Of a DNA stretch of 64,000 bases, positions 27,572 through 40,692 are shown one piece after another. The first letter of the stretch is position 1. Each line of letters starts with the position of its first letter. Below the pieces are notes generated by a model. The model ran no database searches, was not told the origin of the DNA, and saw only the letters and a program-made list of their open reading frames with translations. Source of the stretch: Eledone cirrhosa. Its lineage: Eukaryota. The position numbers and the translations under genes are program-made. The stretch is from assembly GCA_964016885.1 (NCBI GenBank), contig OZ024748.1, forward strand, positions 14,818,001 to 14,882,000, written 5' to 3'.

Positions 27572-27798
27572 TTAAACTTTTAGCATTCGCATTACTCTAT
27601 ATTTACTATTGTATTTTCATGGTAAAGGCTTTACCTAACATAATTATCTCATAATATTGAATCTATGAGATTTTGATGTTATTTATTTTGAAAACAATAC
27701 CTTAGCATCAGTATGAGTGGCTGGTTACAGTCGGTTTGAACAGAAAGAGGTGAGAAAATTCTGGCCAGATACGGTCAGTTTAAATGCTAAAGGGTTAA
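27572..27798. mobile_element. TTAA-flanked piggyBac-like MITE
   Basis: TTAAACTTTTAGCATT ... AATGCTAAAGGGTTAA; relatives at 29901-30066 and 42949-43143. Confidence 0.8.
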
Positions 27799-27831
27799 GA
27801 TAGTTTTTGCTAAATCATTAGAGGATGTTAA

Positions 27832-28178
27832 TGGTCATGAATCTTGGGTAATGACCGAAAGAATATGATCGCCAATACAAGTGGCTGAAATGAGGTTCCT
27901 CTGAAGAGTCTTTGGAGAAAAGTTAGTGCGTAGCTCAGAGATCAGAGATTCACTCCAGGTAGAGCTGCTAGTTCTCTGAATTAAGAGATCACAGCTCCGA
28001 TACTATGGGCATGTGGTTAGAATGTCTCAGGAAAGAATCACTGGACAAATTTTACAGGCAAAACCAACTAGACCCTAAACAAGATTGTTGGATAACATCC
28101 ATAAACTTGGTTGGTCGCGCTTGGAGATCCAGCTGGATCAGTTAGAGACTGTTGCTTCTGACAGAACCTGCTGGAAAG
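27832..28178 (+). mobile_element. Rex3/Expander-like RTE 3' fragment, degenerate
   Basis: GHESWVMTER..IQVAEMRFL..VRSSEIRDSL..RSQLRYYGHVVRM..LDNIHKLGWSRLEI..VASDRTCW. Confidence 0.85.
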
Positions 28179-29093
28179 ATACTATAAACATCTGAATCAA
28201 CCAACTTGTTTTTGCTAAATCATTACAAGATGTTAAGAGTTAAGTAAATGAAAATAGAAAGAACAGAAAATAAAAAGAACAGAAATGAATCCATTTATCA
28301 CAGATTTGATGATGAAATGCTTCTGTTTCCTAAGTTTGGGATAACAAAGAGAAATAGATAACAATATTGGTGATTGTTTAGTGGCTTGATATGATGGTGA
28401 TGATGACAGAAAGTAAAATATTTAACATTCCTCCGGAAATTTCCTGTCATCTTCAGCAAAATTGAACTTGATCATTATATAATATTGCTGGCATACACAC
28501 ACTGATGTATATATACAGGCATACATGCACACACACACACACACACACACATATATACGCACACAGGCACACACGCTGATGTATATACACAGACACAAAT
28601 ATAAACAGACACATGCACACACACATATACACATACATACTCTCTTTTCCCTCTGATTTGCTCTTCTTTTTCTCTTATTTCTGTCAATAGATATGTGTGT
28701 GTCTGTATGTATACACATACATGCATACATATATATGGAGAGAAAGATAGAAAAGATGAGGTGTGAGGAGAGGCAGAACAAAATAGAAAGAGATGTATTA
28801 TGTAGTAGTGTTGGTCAACTTAGTACCTATAAGTGTTGGTGTTTACATAGTCTCTAGAACTTGGCTGTACACAAGAGAAAGGAAAGAGGGGGAGGAGGTG
28901 AAGGACGAGGCATGATGGAAAATTTTACTCAATGAGGTATGGCAAAACAAATCGAGGGTTTGTCTGTTATTTACAAGCAATTCCTAAATGAAAATATTAA
29001 TACACTTTACACAATAAACTCTTTGTGATTGCATAGTGTTATCTTGAGAGTCCAGAAGATATTGTTCTCTCCAGCATAATTCTATAAAGAATA

Positions 29094-29129
<36 letters not shown>

Positions 29130-29219
29130 GAGAATAATTTTTTCTCCAATTAACAATGGAAATTTTAGGAAAAGTTTACAAAACATGATTCTTCAAATGT
29201 CAAACTTTAAAAAAAGACA

Positions 29220-29266
<47 letters not shown>

Positions 29267-29473
29267 CACACACACACATATATATATATACATAAACATA
29301 CATATACACACACAAACACACACATATATACATAAACATACATATACATACACACACACGCGCACACATACACAATCATCATCATCATTTACCATCCACT
29401 TTCTCTTCTATTGTGTGCACCCATGCTAGAATAGAGTTGCTGGCCTTGTGTGAAATGTAGAAAGAATTATTGA

Positions 29474-29692
29474 TAATTGTTTCTACATTTGGCACAAGGC
29501 CAGCAATTTTGGAGGAGGGGAAATTCAATTAAATCAACCCAATTGTATTACTGGTGCTTCATTTTATAGACCACGTAGGGATGAAATTCAAAGTTAACCT
29601 CAGCAGGATTTGAAATCAAAACCTAAAGGGTTGTAGCTATGCCTCGAAGTATGTTATCTAATGCTCTACGAATACTACCAATCCATCACCCT
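29474..29692 (-). mobile_element. Meta-like SINE (tail-to-tail with a short plus-strand tail at 29437-29470)
   Basis: AATTGTTTCTACATTTGGCACAAGGCCAGCAAT...GGATGAAATTCAAAGTTAACCTC. Confidence 0.75.
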
Positions 29693-29807
29693 CAATATTA
29701 ATAATAATAATAACAATATATCGCACTACTAATGTAAAATTCACATAGATTGAATTATTTATGAAACTTCTCTGATATTATTATTAAAGATTTATAAAAC
29801 AAGACCT

Positions 29808-30212
29808 GCTTACCCTTCTGATAGAATGAGTCAGCAAAAGAGTATGAGAAACTTGCTAAATATAAAGATCTAGAAATGGAGATAAACAGAATGTGGCACC
29901 TAAACCCTTTCTCACCTCTTTCTCTTCAAACTGGCCGTAACTGACCACTCGTTAAGTTATTTTTCTCAAAATAAATAATATCAAAATCTCATAGATTCGA
30001 TATTATGTGAAGCCGTTACCACAAAAATAGTATAATATATATATAGAGAGTAATGTAAAGGGTTAAAACACAATCTTTTCCCCTAGTGATAGGAGTTCTA
30101 GTTGTCATAAAGAAAGGTGTTCAAAAGTTTCTCTGGTAAAACTAGCATCTATGAAATCCAAAAGATAGTTTTAACAAGTACTATCCACATACTTCGTAAA
30201 TATTTGTCTGTA
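29808..30212 (+). mobile_element. R4/Dong-like 3' fragment split by a TTAA MITE at 29901-30066
   Basis: SAKEYEKLAKYKDLEMEINRMWHL | FPLVIGVL..EIQKIVLTSTIHILRKYL; insert bounded by TAAACCCTTT / AAAGGGTTAA. Confidence 0.8.
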
Positions 30213-30899
30213 GTATATGTCAACACATAATCCTTTCTGTTAAATTTTTAGAGCAAATTTAATTAATATCTAATAACATTCAAATATCATTGAAATATCC
30301 TTGATGCAAAACTAATTCCTATCTTTTATACTCCTTAATAGTTCTTTTCTTATATATTATATATTTCTTATATATTAACTCTTTCATTTTTTTTTTTGTT
30401 TTAAATTTATTTAACTATCAATTTTTGTGATGTCACTTGTTTAGTGAACAAAAGAACGGAACAAAACAGAAAAAAAAAGCTATGTCAAAACCAACGATGC
30501 CTACCCTAAGTATTTGGCTGATAATCTGTATTCATTATGCATAAAGCGAAATCAAAGAACGATATAATGATAATTATAATAACAGTATTAATGATGATGG
30601 TACATCACAATAAATTAGGGCAATATATTGTGAGAGAAACTTTATATAATTAGACAACCATCTGTTGCCAATGATTCAATATGAGATGATTGGAGATAGA
30701 CAGAATTGGTAGAGAAACAAATAATATACTTTGTGTTATTAGCTTACATCCCTTTATATTTAGATTTTTATCATTTTTACATCCACCTTTTTTTCCAAGC
30801 TTTGAGCAAGAAAAAAATTTTCTTTTCTTTTTACATAGTGGGTCCCGAGGAAGGGATACAGTCTATTGACTCCACACTTTCCAAGATTGAAGAGCTTGA

Positions 30900-31150
30900 T
30901 ATAGAATAATTTTGATATTCCATGTAAATTGCTGCATGACCGCTCTTCCAGGAAAGATATGAGAAAAGTAGGGGTTCCAGAGGACAGACATTCTAGGCAA
31001 GAAGGAATGCTTATAGTGGATAGTGCAGGGCCTGAGGGTTAAGAAAGATACAGTATGAATGATGAGAAAAGGAGAGATGAGTGAGAATTGAGAATACCTG
31101 AGTGGAGGTGACATGAATTCAGGAAACTCTGAGGAGCACAGATGTGCTGG
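30900..31150 (-). mobile_element. Jockey/CR1-group LINE 3' coding relic
   Basis: HYKHSFLPRMSVLWN..HIFP motif typical of ORF2 C-termini. Confidence 0.6.
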
Positions 31151-31474
31151 AGTTTAGTTTGTTTTCAAGGGGTATTAATGAGACATATATATATATGGAA
31201 AAAATGAAACAAAATTTCATTTCCCACTCTTAGTACGGCTGTTACTTAAATATAAAACACACTGAGCATTATAATAAATGTTTGGTGAATTGATACGTAC
31301 ATATATATATGTGTGCATGTATGTATATATATATACATACTACTGTACGTCTGTATACATATATGTATGTACGTGTACATACTTATATATATATATGTAT
31401 GTATATATATATATATATAAAACTATATATAGACACATGCACACACATGCACACACATACACACATATATATAC

Positions 31475-31507
<33 letters not shown>

Positions 31508-31599
31508 TATATATAGTAATAATAATAAATTTGAAGACTAAAATCCAAAGAGGGCTCGATAAGGATAAATATATATCAAATATATAAGAACCGTAGAGC

Positions 31600-31668
31600 A
31601 AATATTTATTAAAATAACAGATTAAAGTTTAAGCAAAGAATCGCTGCTTTCACCCTTAACGGGATCTT
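31600..31668 (-). mobile_element. Short copy of the element end at 52367-52430 (Penelope-like)
   Basis: TATTTATTAAAATAACAGATTAAAGTTTAAGCAAAGAATCGCTGCTTTCACCCTTAACGG identical in both. Confidence 0.65.
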
Positions 31669-31686
31669 TATATATTTATATATATA

Positions 31687-31762
<76 letters not shown>

Positions 31763-32529
31763 GAGAGAGAGATAGATAGATAGATAGATATAGAAATTGA
31801 ATAAAAATAACCAGGATTTAATTACATTAAATTATTTAATAAATTTATGAATGTGTCTTTCAAATACAGTAGGAAGTCCCAATTTTATTCCTCTGAACTG
31901 AATTCCTCAGTATCATTAAAATATTACAAAAAAACATAATTATATACCCACTGCATGTCTAAACATCTCCATTTGTATATAGACACACACACACATTCAC
32001 GCCTACCTACATACATAAATACATACACACCTACCTACATACATGCATGCATACGTACATATACATACACACTGATCTACCAATCTACATACATGCATAC
32101 ACAACTACCTACCTACATATATATATATATATACATACATACATACAAACTTAACTAAACATAATATATACTATAATTCTATAATTTAGAACAGGTTTGG
32201 TTTTAAGCAACTGGACTCTAATGAGGTATTTTAACAACATATAATTACCTTTCATTTTAATGAACAACACAATTAAAAAATAATTCAAATAACTAAAAAT
32301 GTTGATAATAACCTATTATTAAACAATGGACATTCAATCCCATTTCTCCTCGTAAGCAAGAATTCTTATTACATTTCATGTATATCTCACATAGGAATGA
32401 GTAGTTTATTTTCTTAGTCTCTTTTATAAATTTTATTTTACACAAAGAAAAACCCACACTGTATCACCCTGTATCATTTTTCATGTTTCTTTAATATGAG
32501 CCCTGTGTGGCTAATAAAGAAATCTTCAT

Positions 32530-32720
32530 TGGTGGATTGGCAGTATCGGTAGAGGATCGGACGCCATGCTTTGACGCATAGAGTTACGGCCCTTGCCATT
32601 CTGAGTTCAAATCCCGCCAAGGTTAACTTTGCCTTTCATCCTTACGGGGTCGATAAAATAAAGTACCAGTAATGTACTGGTTAATTGCTCGCCGTGTGCC
32701 AATAGTAGAAACAATTATTA
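32530..32720 (+). mobile_element. Meta-like SINE, full length
   Basis: Same structure as 5164-5346. Confidence 0.9.
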
Positions 32721-33495
32721 TTATCATTATTTCCATTGTTATATTTATTGCACATCAGTACTGCTTTACTGAGCATAGTTCTGTGTGCCTTGGGCCCCCT
32801 TTGGTAATTTCCATTTCCTTTATAAAATGAAAACCATGTGATCTGTTGCTTTTGTCCTTGTGTTGTCTCCAATGGGCCTGTCTATCCAATGAAAGAAATC
32901 ATCATCATTATTACAATAAGGTCGAGTAAAAGTTTGCTATTGTGCACTGTCTTTGTCTTTGTATTGTCCCCTACACGTCGGCCCTTGTGGCTAATAAATG
33001 AAAGTGTTATTTGGCAGAGCATCAGACAACATGCTTTGAGCATAGAGTTATGGACTTTTACATTCCGAGTTCAAATCCTGCGAAAGTTAGCTTTGCCTTT
33101 CATCCTATATTATAACCCCCTCTCTCTAAATATAGTATAACCCCCCTCTCTCTAAATATAGTATAACCCCCCTCTCTCTCTCCTTTCCAAACGTTGGAAC
33201 ACTCTTTGATTTTCTTTGGCCATAGATTTTCGTAGATTGTTTACCACCCCACTTCCATTGTTTTAGCATGTCTCATGGATGTTATTTGACTTTTATTTAT
33301 ATTACTGAGAGCGTGACACACACGGTCAGACATACGGTATGTAGGTACAAGTGTATTAATATATAGATTATTATTATATTGAGCACTTTTACTCCAGCTT
33401 ATTGTAAATCCCCAATGTCCGTGTCAGCCCTTGTGGCCAATAAATGAAATCATTATTATTATTATTATTATCTATTTATTATTATCTATTTATTA

Positions 33496-33700
33496 GGCGG
33501 TGGATTGACAGTATTGGTAGAGTGTCGGGTGCCATGCTTTGGCGCATAGAGTTACGGCCCTTGCCATTCTGAGTTCAAATCCCACCAAGGTTAACTTTGC
33601 CTTTCATCCTTACGGGGTCGATAAAATAAAGTACCAGTAATACACTGGTTAATTGCTGGCCTTGTGCCTAAAGTAGAAACAATTATTATTATTATTATTA
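33496..33700 (+). mobile_element. Meta-like SINE, full length, (ATT)n tail
   Basis: Same structure as 32530-32720. Confidence 0.9.
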
Positions 33701-34785
33701 TTATCTATTTATTTATTTATGTATATCATCATCATCATCATCATCATCATTTTAACGTCCACTTTCCCTCTGCTAGCAAAGTTTGGACGGGTTTTCATAT
33801 ATGTTTGTGTGTATGCGTGTTTGTGTTATAAGTGTGTGTTATGTCTATCTGTGTTTGTGTATGTGCCTATGAAATGATATGTTGTATGTGTAAGTATGTG
33901 AAGTATGGGGGGTGTAAAGAAAATAGAAATGTGCCTTTAGCATTTAATGGATTCCTAGGGATACCATTCTGATACACAGCTTGTATTGGATATTTTAAAC
34001 ATGGCAGAGCCATCCCCTTTTAGGTTGGAACACAGAAATGACAAAGAACAGAAAGACAGAGAGAAGAAGAGGTAGAGGTGGAGGAAGAACCAACCCCAGT
34101 AGTTGACTGGTACTTTATTTATTGAACTCAAAATGATGAAAGAGAAAAGTGACTTTTGGTAGTTTTGTTCTGAGAGTACAATAAGCTGGAAGAAATACAT
34201 AAACAATTTTTAATCCAGCACCCAAACAACTCTGCCAATTTACCACATTATTGTGGGTGTATATGGAGTTTGTATATATGTGGGTGTATATAAAAGTATA
34301 ATTATTGTGGTTCTCTGATAAACTTATTTTCATTTGATCAAGATAGAAATCTAATTGGTGTTATTAATTATTATCTTATAATTAACAAGTTTTCAAAACA
34401 ACATTTTAATGAATGTCTAACATGCTGTAAATAGCAATAAGAATTATATATATATAAAATACCATAGTATTCAAACATTAAATTAATGAATACTCAATAC
34501 TTTAATGTAGAATGTAGATATTTATATACATATACATACATTTATATATATACATATATACACACACACATATATATACATATATATATACATACACATA
34601 TATATACATATATATATATACATACACATATATATACATATATATATACATACACATATATATACATATATATATACCTACATATATATACATATATATA
34701 TACATACATATAAACACATACATATATATACATATATATATGTATACAACACATATATATGTATATGTATGTAAATATATGTATG

Positions 34786-34819
<34 letters not shown>

Positions 34820-35575
34820 TATAATAATTGTTTCTACACATATAATAATGATAATTATTATTATATATATACATATATATGTATACATATATACATATAT
34901 ATAAACTGAATGCAAAGAAAGATGCAAAACATTTTCCTTGGTAGTAGCAGCAGCTGAAAGAGAGAGAGAGAGAGAGATGAAGGAAAGAGAGAGAGTGAGA
35001 GAGATGAAGGAGAGAGAGTGAGTGAGAAAGAGAGAGAGAGGGTTGAAAGAAAGGTGGGCATTCTTGAAGTTCTCAGACAGTAATATAGCTTAAATCCCAC
35101 CTCTCTTTTGTACAAGCCCAGCTAATCACTGCAGCTGTCCACAAAGATTTCATCAACATTACATAGTAACATTCTCTTGTGCCTCCTACAAAACTGATCA
35201 AGGCATTCTAGCTTTACAGCAATATCTGTTGAATGTGCTTTCTTCCACACCTCCCATCATCATCATCATACACAAGCCAAGCAATAAGGTGTGGTGTGTT
35301 GGTGTGTGGCTACAGCAATCTTCAATGAGCTTTCCCTACTATCAAGTAATGATATATATGTATATATATATATGTGTGTGTGTGTGTGTATATACATATA
35401 TATGTATACATATATATGTGTACACAAAAACACACACACAGATATATATATACATATTAATAAGATATATATCCAACTGTGAGTACAGCAGTTTCAGCTC
35501 ATGATTTGTGGTCTTCCCAGTTTTCGCATTGCAGACACCATAGATATGTGTGTGTGTATATATATATATATATAG

Positions 35576-35795
35576 AGGAACGATCGACTTTCGTCAAATC
35601 GGACCGAGGGAACAATGTTTCCGTTGGTCTTTCCAATTGCTAATACTATCTATCGGTCGCAACTCCAGGTAGAAGGAGCAACGTGAAAATAAAGTGTCTT
35701 GCTCAAGGACATAACGCATCGCCTGGTCCAGGAATCGAACTCACAACCTTACGATTGCGAATCCAATTCTCTAACCACTCCGCCACACGCCTTCA
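35576..35795 (-). mobile_element. Young tRNA/CORE SINE with short GNRA-hairpin tail
   Basis: A/B boxes, CORE; tail ends GATTTGAC-GAAA-GTCGATCGTTCCT; near-identical to 39885-40104. Confidence 0.85.
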
Positions 35796-36012
35796 TACAT
35801 ATATATTACTGAAACCTGTAATAGACAATTATTAAATATATAAATAAATAATTGCCAATGTTAATTAACAAATAAATCAACTAATACCTTAACTCTTCAC
35901 ATAAAGTAAAATATTTTGTTTTAATCATTTTCTAACCCAGAAAAAAGAGAGAAAGAAATAAAAAGGGAAAAAAATACTTTTTTCTTCCTAATAATCGTCT
36001 TTTTCTCTCTGT

Positions 36013-36078
<66 letters not shown>

Positions 36079-36619
36079 TCATCCTCATCATCATCATCAT
36101 TTAACGTCCATCTTCCACAGTATTCTGTTGCTCTGGAGTTTCACTTGTGTGTTTACAGGGTCATCACATCACATTATCATGACTTGATGAACCTGTAAAT
36201 ACACAGTTAGATGAACTCCAGACTGACAAGACACTCACTTGACTTCAGTAAAACTATTCATCTTTACTATGGAATTGAGTGCTACCCTGATTTTTGGTCT
36301 TCCTTGTCTCCATGCTGTGAATACAGAGTGTGAGTGTGTGTATAAGATTTTATGAGATAAATGACCAATAAGACCATTATTCAACTTGGTACTTCATACA
36401 TTAAGGAAGATAGCTGGTAAACATTCATTGCATGCCAGCTCAACACATTCTGATACCATCCCACCATTAATTGCGCCATACCAGGAATGCCTTTCTTTGG
36501 TCATAAATCTCCTCAACCAAGATTGCTTTGAAGATAAAGAATACCACCACAAACAGTGTTGGATTAAAACTTGAAGCTTTAAGTTGTATAAAGGCACTTC
36601 CATTGTATTGGTGGAAGTA

Positions 36620-36945
36620 GAAGGCACTCCGTCAGTTACGATGCTGAGTGTTCCAGTTGATCCAATCAACAGAACAGCCTCCTTGTGAAATTAACGTGCA
36701 AGTGTCTGAGCATTCCACAAACACACATATACTTAAAGTAATTCTCAAGGAGACTCGGTATGACACAGAACGTGTCAAGGCTGGCCCTTCGAATTACGGG
36801 TACAACTCATTTTTGCCAGCTGAATGAACTGGAGCAATGCAAAATAAAGTATCTTGCTCAAGGACACAGTGCATCACCGGGAATCAAACTCACAACCTTA
36901 TGATCATGAGCCAAATTCCCTAACCACAAAGCCATGTGCCTTCAC
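36620..36945 (-). mobile_element. tRNA/CORE SINE with long tail (octopus OR-type by recollection)
   Basis: GTGAAGGCACATGGC head, CCTTGAGCAAGATACTT core, tail ...GATCAACTGGAACACTC. Confidence 0.85.
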
Positions 36946-37289
36946 GAAGTATTGGTGACCTCATGTTAAAAAACATTTCTTTCAGATGATCAAACTGATA
37001 ATAATTTCTAATCTAAGCACATGGTCAGCTAAATTTGGGGGATGGATGAGCGAAGTTTAGGGATGGATGGGCAAAGTTTGGGGGATTGATGGGCAAAGTT
37101 GATTAAATCACCCCCAGCACTTTACTAGTACTTTATTTTATGGGCCCTGGAAGGATGAAAGGCAATGTTAAAGTCAGCAAGATTTGAATTCACAATGTAA
37201 AGATCCAAAACAGATATAATAACATTTTATCCGATGCTCCACAAATTCAGCTGATCTACTAACTTATGTCCTTTCTTCTGCTCTTTATT

Positions 37290-37433
37290 CCTGAGATTGT
37301 CAGAAGGGGGAGTCTTCAGGCATGCCTTCCAAAGGGTCCTATCAGAAACGACAGTTTCCAGTTGATTCAGTTCGATCCTTAAGCAAGCTCGAGGATGTTA
37401 ATCAACTATTTGGCTCACGGTCTACCTCTGGGT
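37290..37433 (-). mobile_element. Rex3/Expander-like RTE 3' relic
   Basis: PRGRP..LETVVSDRTLWK; similar to 28060-28178. Confidence 0.6.
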
Positions 37434-38054
37434 ATTTTGCTGGTTGGCTTTGCCTCTCACCAATATCAAATATATATCATCATCATCATCGTTTAACGTA
37501 CATTTTCCAAGCTAGCGTGTGTGTGTCTAGAAAATCTGATTTTAAGGTGCTCATAGACAGTGGGTCACTAAATTGGAGCTTATTTAGCTTGTATCTGAAT
37601 CCAAAACTGACCAATAACAGGTGCAATATAAGTATTTTTGTTGGATAAAGTTCAGTAAATGTTTGTAAAGATAATAGTTAATTATGTTTTGAAGCTAAAT
37701 ATACTTAGGGATAATTCATTATGGAAATAATAGGAATGTTAATTTGTTTGTCACAAATGTGTGATCAGTAATGATTACAACATCTTCAACTAAAACAAAA
37801 GGACAACAGTTTGAGAGGATTGAATGATTTGTGGCATTTTCGATCAGATAAAATAATCATAAGAATAATTTAAAATGTATTTAAAATGTTATTTGAAGAT
37901 TGGTATGGTTCTGTAACTTCTGGTAGAGTTGTAGGGGCACCGTATTGGCATTTAAGCCAGGAGGAGCCCATTCCTCTTCACAGCAGATTTCTTCCAATGA
38001 AAGATAGAAAGTGAGAGAGAGGAAATAAGAAAGAGATATAGAGGAAGAATCGTT

Positions 38055-38205
38055 CTCCAGTACTAGACTGGTACTGTTTTTATCAACCTCAAAAGGGTAA
38101 AAAGCCAAGTTGACTTCAGCAGGATTTGAACTCAGAGAGCAGACAGTTGGAACGAATACCATAAAACATTCTATCCGACGTTCTAACAACTCTGCCGATT
38201 CAACG
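38055..38205 (-). mobile_element. Meta-like SINE, degenerate
   Basis: CTGGTACTGTTTTTATCAACC..GTTGACTTCAGCAGGATTTGAACTCAG. Confidence 0.65.
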
Positions 38206-38311
38206 ACTTCAGTTTGAAGATTATTAAATGTTAAAAATAAAGGAATGGTTCTGCAGATTGGTGGAAGGGAAAGAAGGAAGAAGGTGTATTGAAACTGGAA
38301 ACCTCACTCAC

Positions 38312-38470
38312 TTATTCCTGGAAGGGTCATGGGGGCTAAGTTCTCAAACACTCCTTCCAGCAGGTCCTATCAGAAGCAACCATCTCCAATTTGATCTGGC
38401 TGGATCCCCAAGTTAGACAGGATGAGCTCATGAATGATATCAACCGTCTTGCTTGGAGTCCACTGTTGAC
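38312..38470 (-). mobile_element. Rex3/Expander-like RTE 3' relic
   Basis: LGIQPDQ/LEMVASDRTCWKECLRT; similar to 28080-28178. Confidence 0.7.
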
Positions 38471-39150
38471 CTAGACAAATGTGAATTCCAAGTGGAGATA
38501 ACAAGAATACATATCACACAAAACTTAGTCTTACACTCAAATATCTCTGCCAATTCACTACCTAATGTGTGTGTTATGTTGTGTGTTGTGTGTTAGTGCT
38601 GTATGTTAGTCAGGCCCAAATTTCTGTGTGATGGGGGTGTGATCTTAACACCCCTTATGAAACAGGGGCCCATCTTGGAACAGCCTTTAACCCTCACAAG
38701 CATGAACTGCCTTCAGACAGCCTCCAGAATGAACTACCCAGGGCCCCTCAACATGAACTGCCCTGTTTGTATTTGAAAATATTTAGGCATCTTATTACAA
38801 ATGAAGTAACAGGAATTCATTTCCAAGTAAAGTTCCCCACAACAACATGGTATGAACATTGCCTTCACACTCTTGATTGGAAATGTTTAATGTAATCAAA
38901 AATCAGCTCCACGCCATGAAGGATGGATGGCAATGTTGGAAATTGGGTGGATATCAAATATAAAAGACATGGGGGGGAAACAAAAATAAAAAAGAAAAGT
39001 AGAATAAGACATTTAAGGGTAAACATTTGTTTGTTTCTGTTCTCACTGATGTAAACCTGAGAGTAAGTTGGAACCAAAACCCACATTACAGGAGAGCACA
39101 TGCTGAGTTAATGACTGATATGTATATATATGTATACATAAATATATATG

Positions 39151-39198
<48 letters not shown>

Positions 39199-39427
39199 TA
39201 TGTATACATAAATATATATGTATATACATATATATATACATGTATATATATATACATATATATATACATGTATATATATATACATGTATATATATATATA
39301 CATGTATATATATATATACATGTATATATATATATACATGTATATATATATATACATGTATATATATATATATACATGTGTATATATATATATACATGTA
39401 TATATATATATATACATATATATATAC

Positions 39428-39552
<125 letters not shown>

Positions 39553-39571
39553 CATATATATATACATATAT

Positions 39572-39780
39572 ATAGGAACCAGTAAGACCCCGACAGCTGA
39601 GCTCAAGCCGTTTCGACGGCTAATTCTGGACTCTTTGAGTCCAGAATTAGCCGTCGAAACGGCTTGAGCTCAGCTGTCGGGGTCTTACTGGTTCCTATTA
39701 CCCACTCTACTACCTCAAGTATTGAGTACTTTGGTGCGTTATGGTCCACCTGGTTCCTTACCACATTTCCTTCGTTATAC
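39572..39780. mobile_element. Penelope-like terminus (family B) with perfect 62-bp-arm hairpin
   Basis: Arms 39572-39633 and 39637-39698 with TTT loop; hammerhead 3' half GAG..C-GAAA-CGGCTTGAGCTCAGCTGT-C-GGGG. Confidence 0.7.
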
Positions 39781-40104
<324 letters not shown>

Positions 40105-40189
40105 AATACATATATATATACATATATATATACATATATATATACATGTATATATATATACATGTATATATATATACATATATATACAT

Positions 40190-40331
40190 GTATAACGAAG
40201 GAAATGTGGTAAGGAACCAGGTGGACCATAACGCACCAAAGTACTCAATACTTAGGGTAGTAGAGTGGGTAATAGGAACCAGTAAGACCCCGACGGCTGA
40301 GCTCAAGCAGTTTCGACGGCTAATTCTGGAC
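40190..40331 (-). mobile_element. Second family-B Penelope-like terminus, inverted relative to 39637-39780
   Basis: Reverse complement matches 39639-39780 with few differences. Confidence 0.75.
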
Positions 40332-40692
40332 ATATATGTATATATATGTATATATATGTATGTATATATATATACATGTATATATATGTATGTATATATA
40401 TATATATACACATGTATATATATACATGTATATATATATACATGTATGTATATATATATACATGTATATATATATACGTGTATATATATATATATATACA
40501 TGTATATATATATACATGTATATATATATACATGTATATATATATATATATACATACATATATATACATGTATATATATATACATACATATATATACATA
40601 TATATACATATATATATATATATACATATATATACATATATATATATACACATGTATATATATACATATATATATACATATATATATTTATA

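Larger units (their letters stand above)
27310..28243. repeat. Degenerate ~114-bp tandem repeat interrupted by a MITE and a LINE
   Basis: GATAC..AAACATCTGAATT..GCTAAATCATTACAGGATGTTAATAGTTAA at ~27310, 27425, 27539, 28178. Confidence 0.7.

Noticed and set aside
36194-36600. Possible small exons and ORFs 36386-36574 / 36394-36669
   Set aside because: No recognisable peptide; the implied intron is only ~45 nt and part of the ORF overlaps a SINE tail
38312-38470. 159-nt minus-strand exon with TAG| and |GTGAGT sites
   Set aside because: Stops in all three frames and it is a Rex3-like LINE end; at most a cryptic poison exon
39046-39115. Possible minus-strand micro-exon ending at |GTGAGA
   Set aside because: Ambiguous acceptor and no supporting peptide similarity
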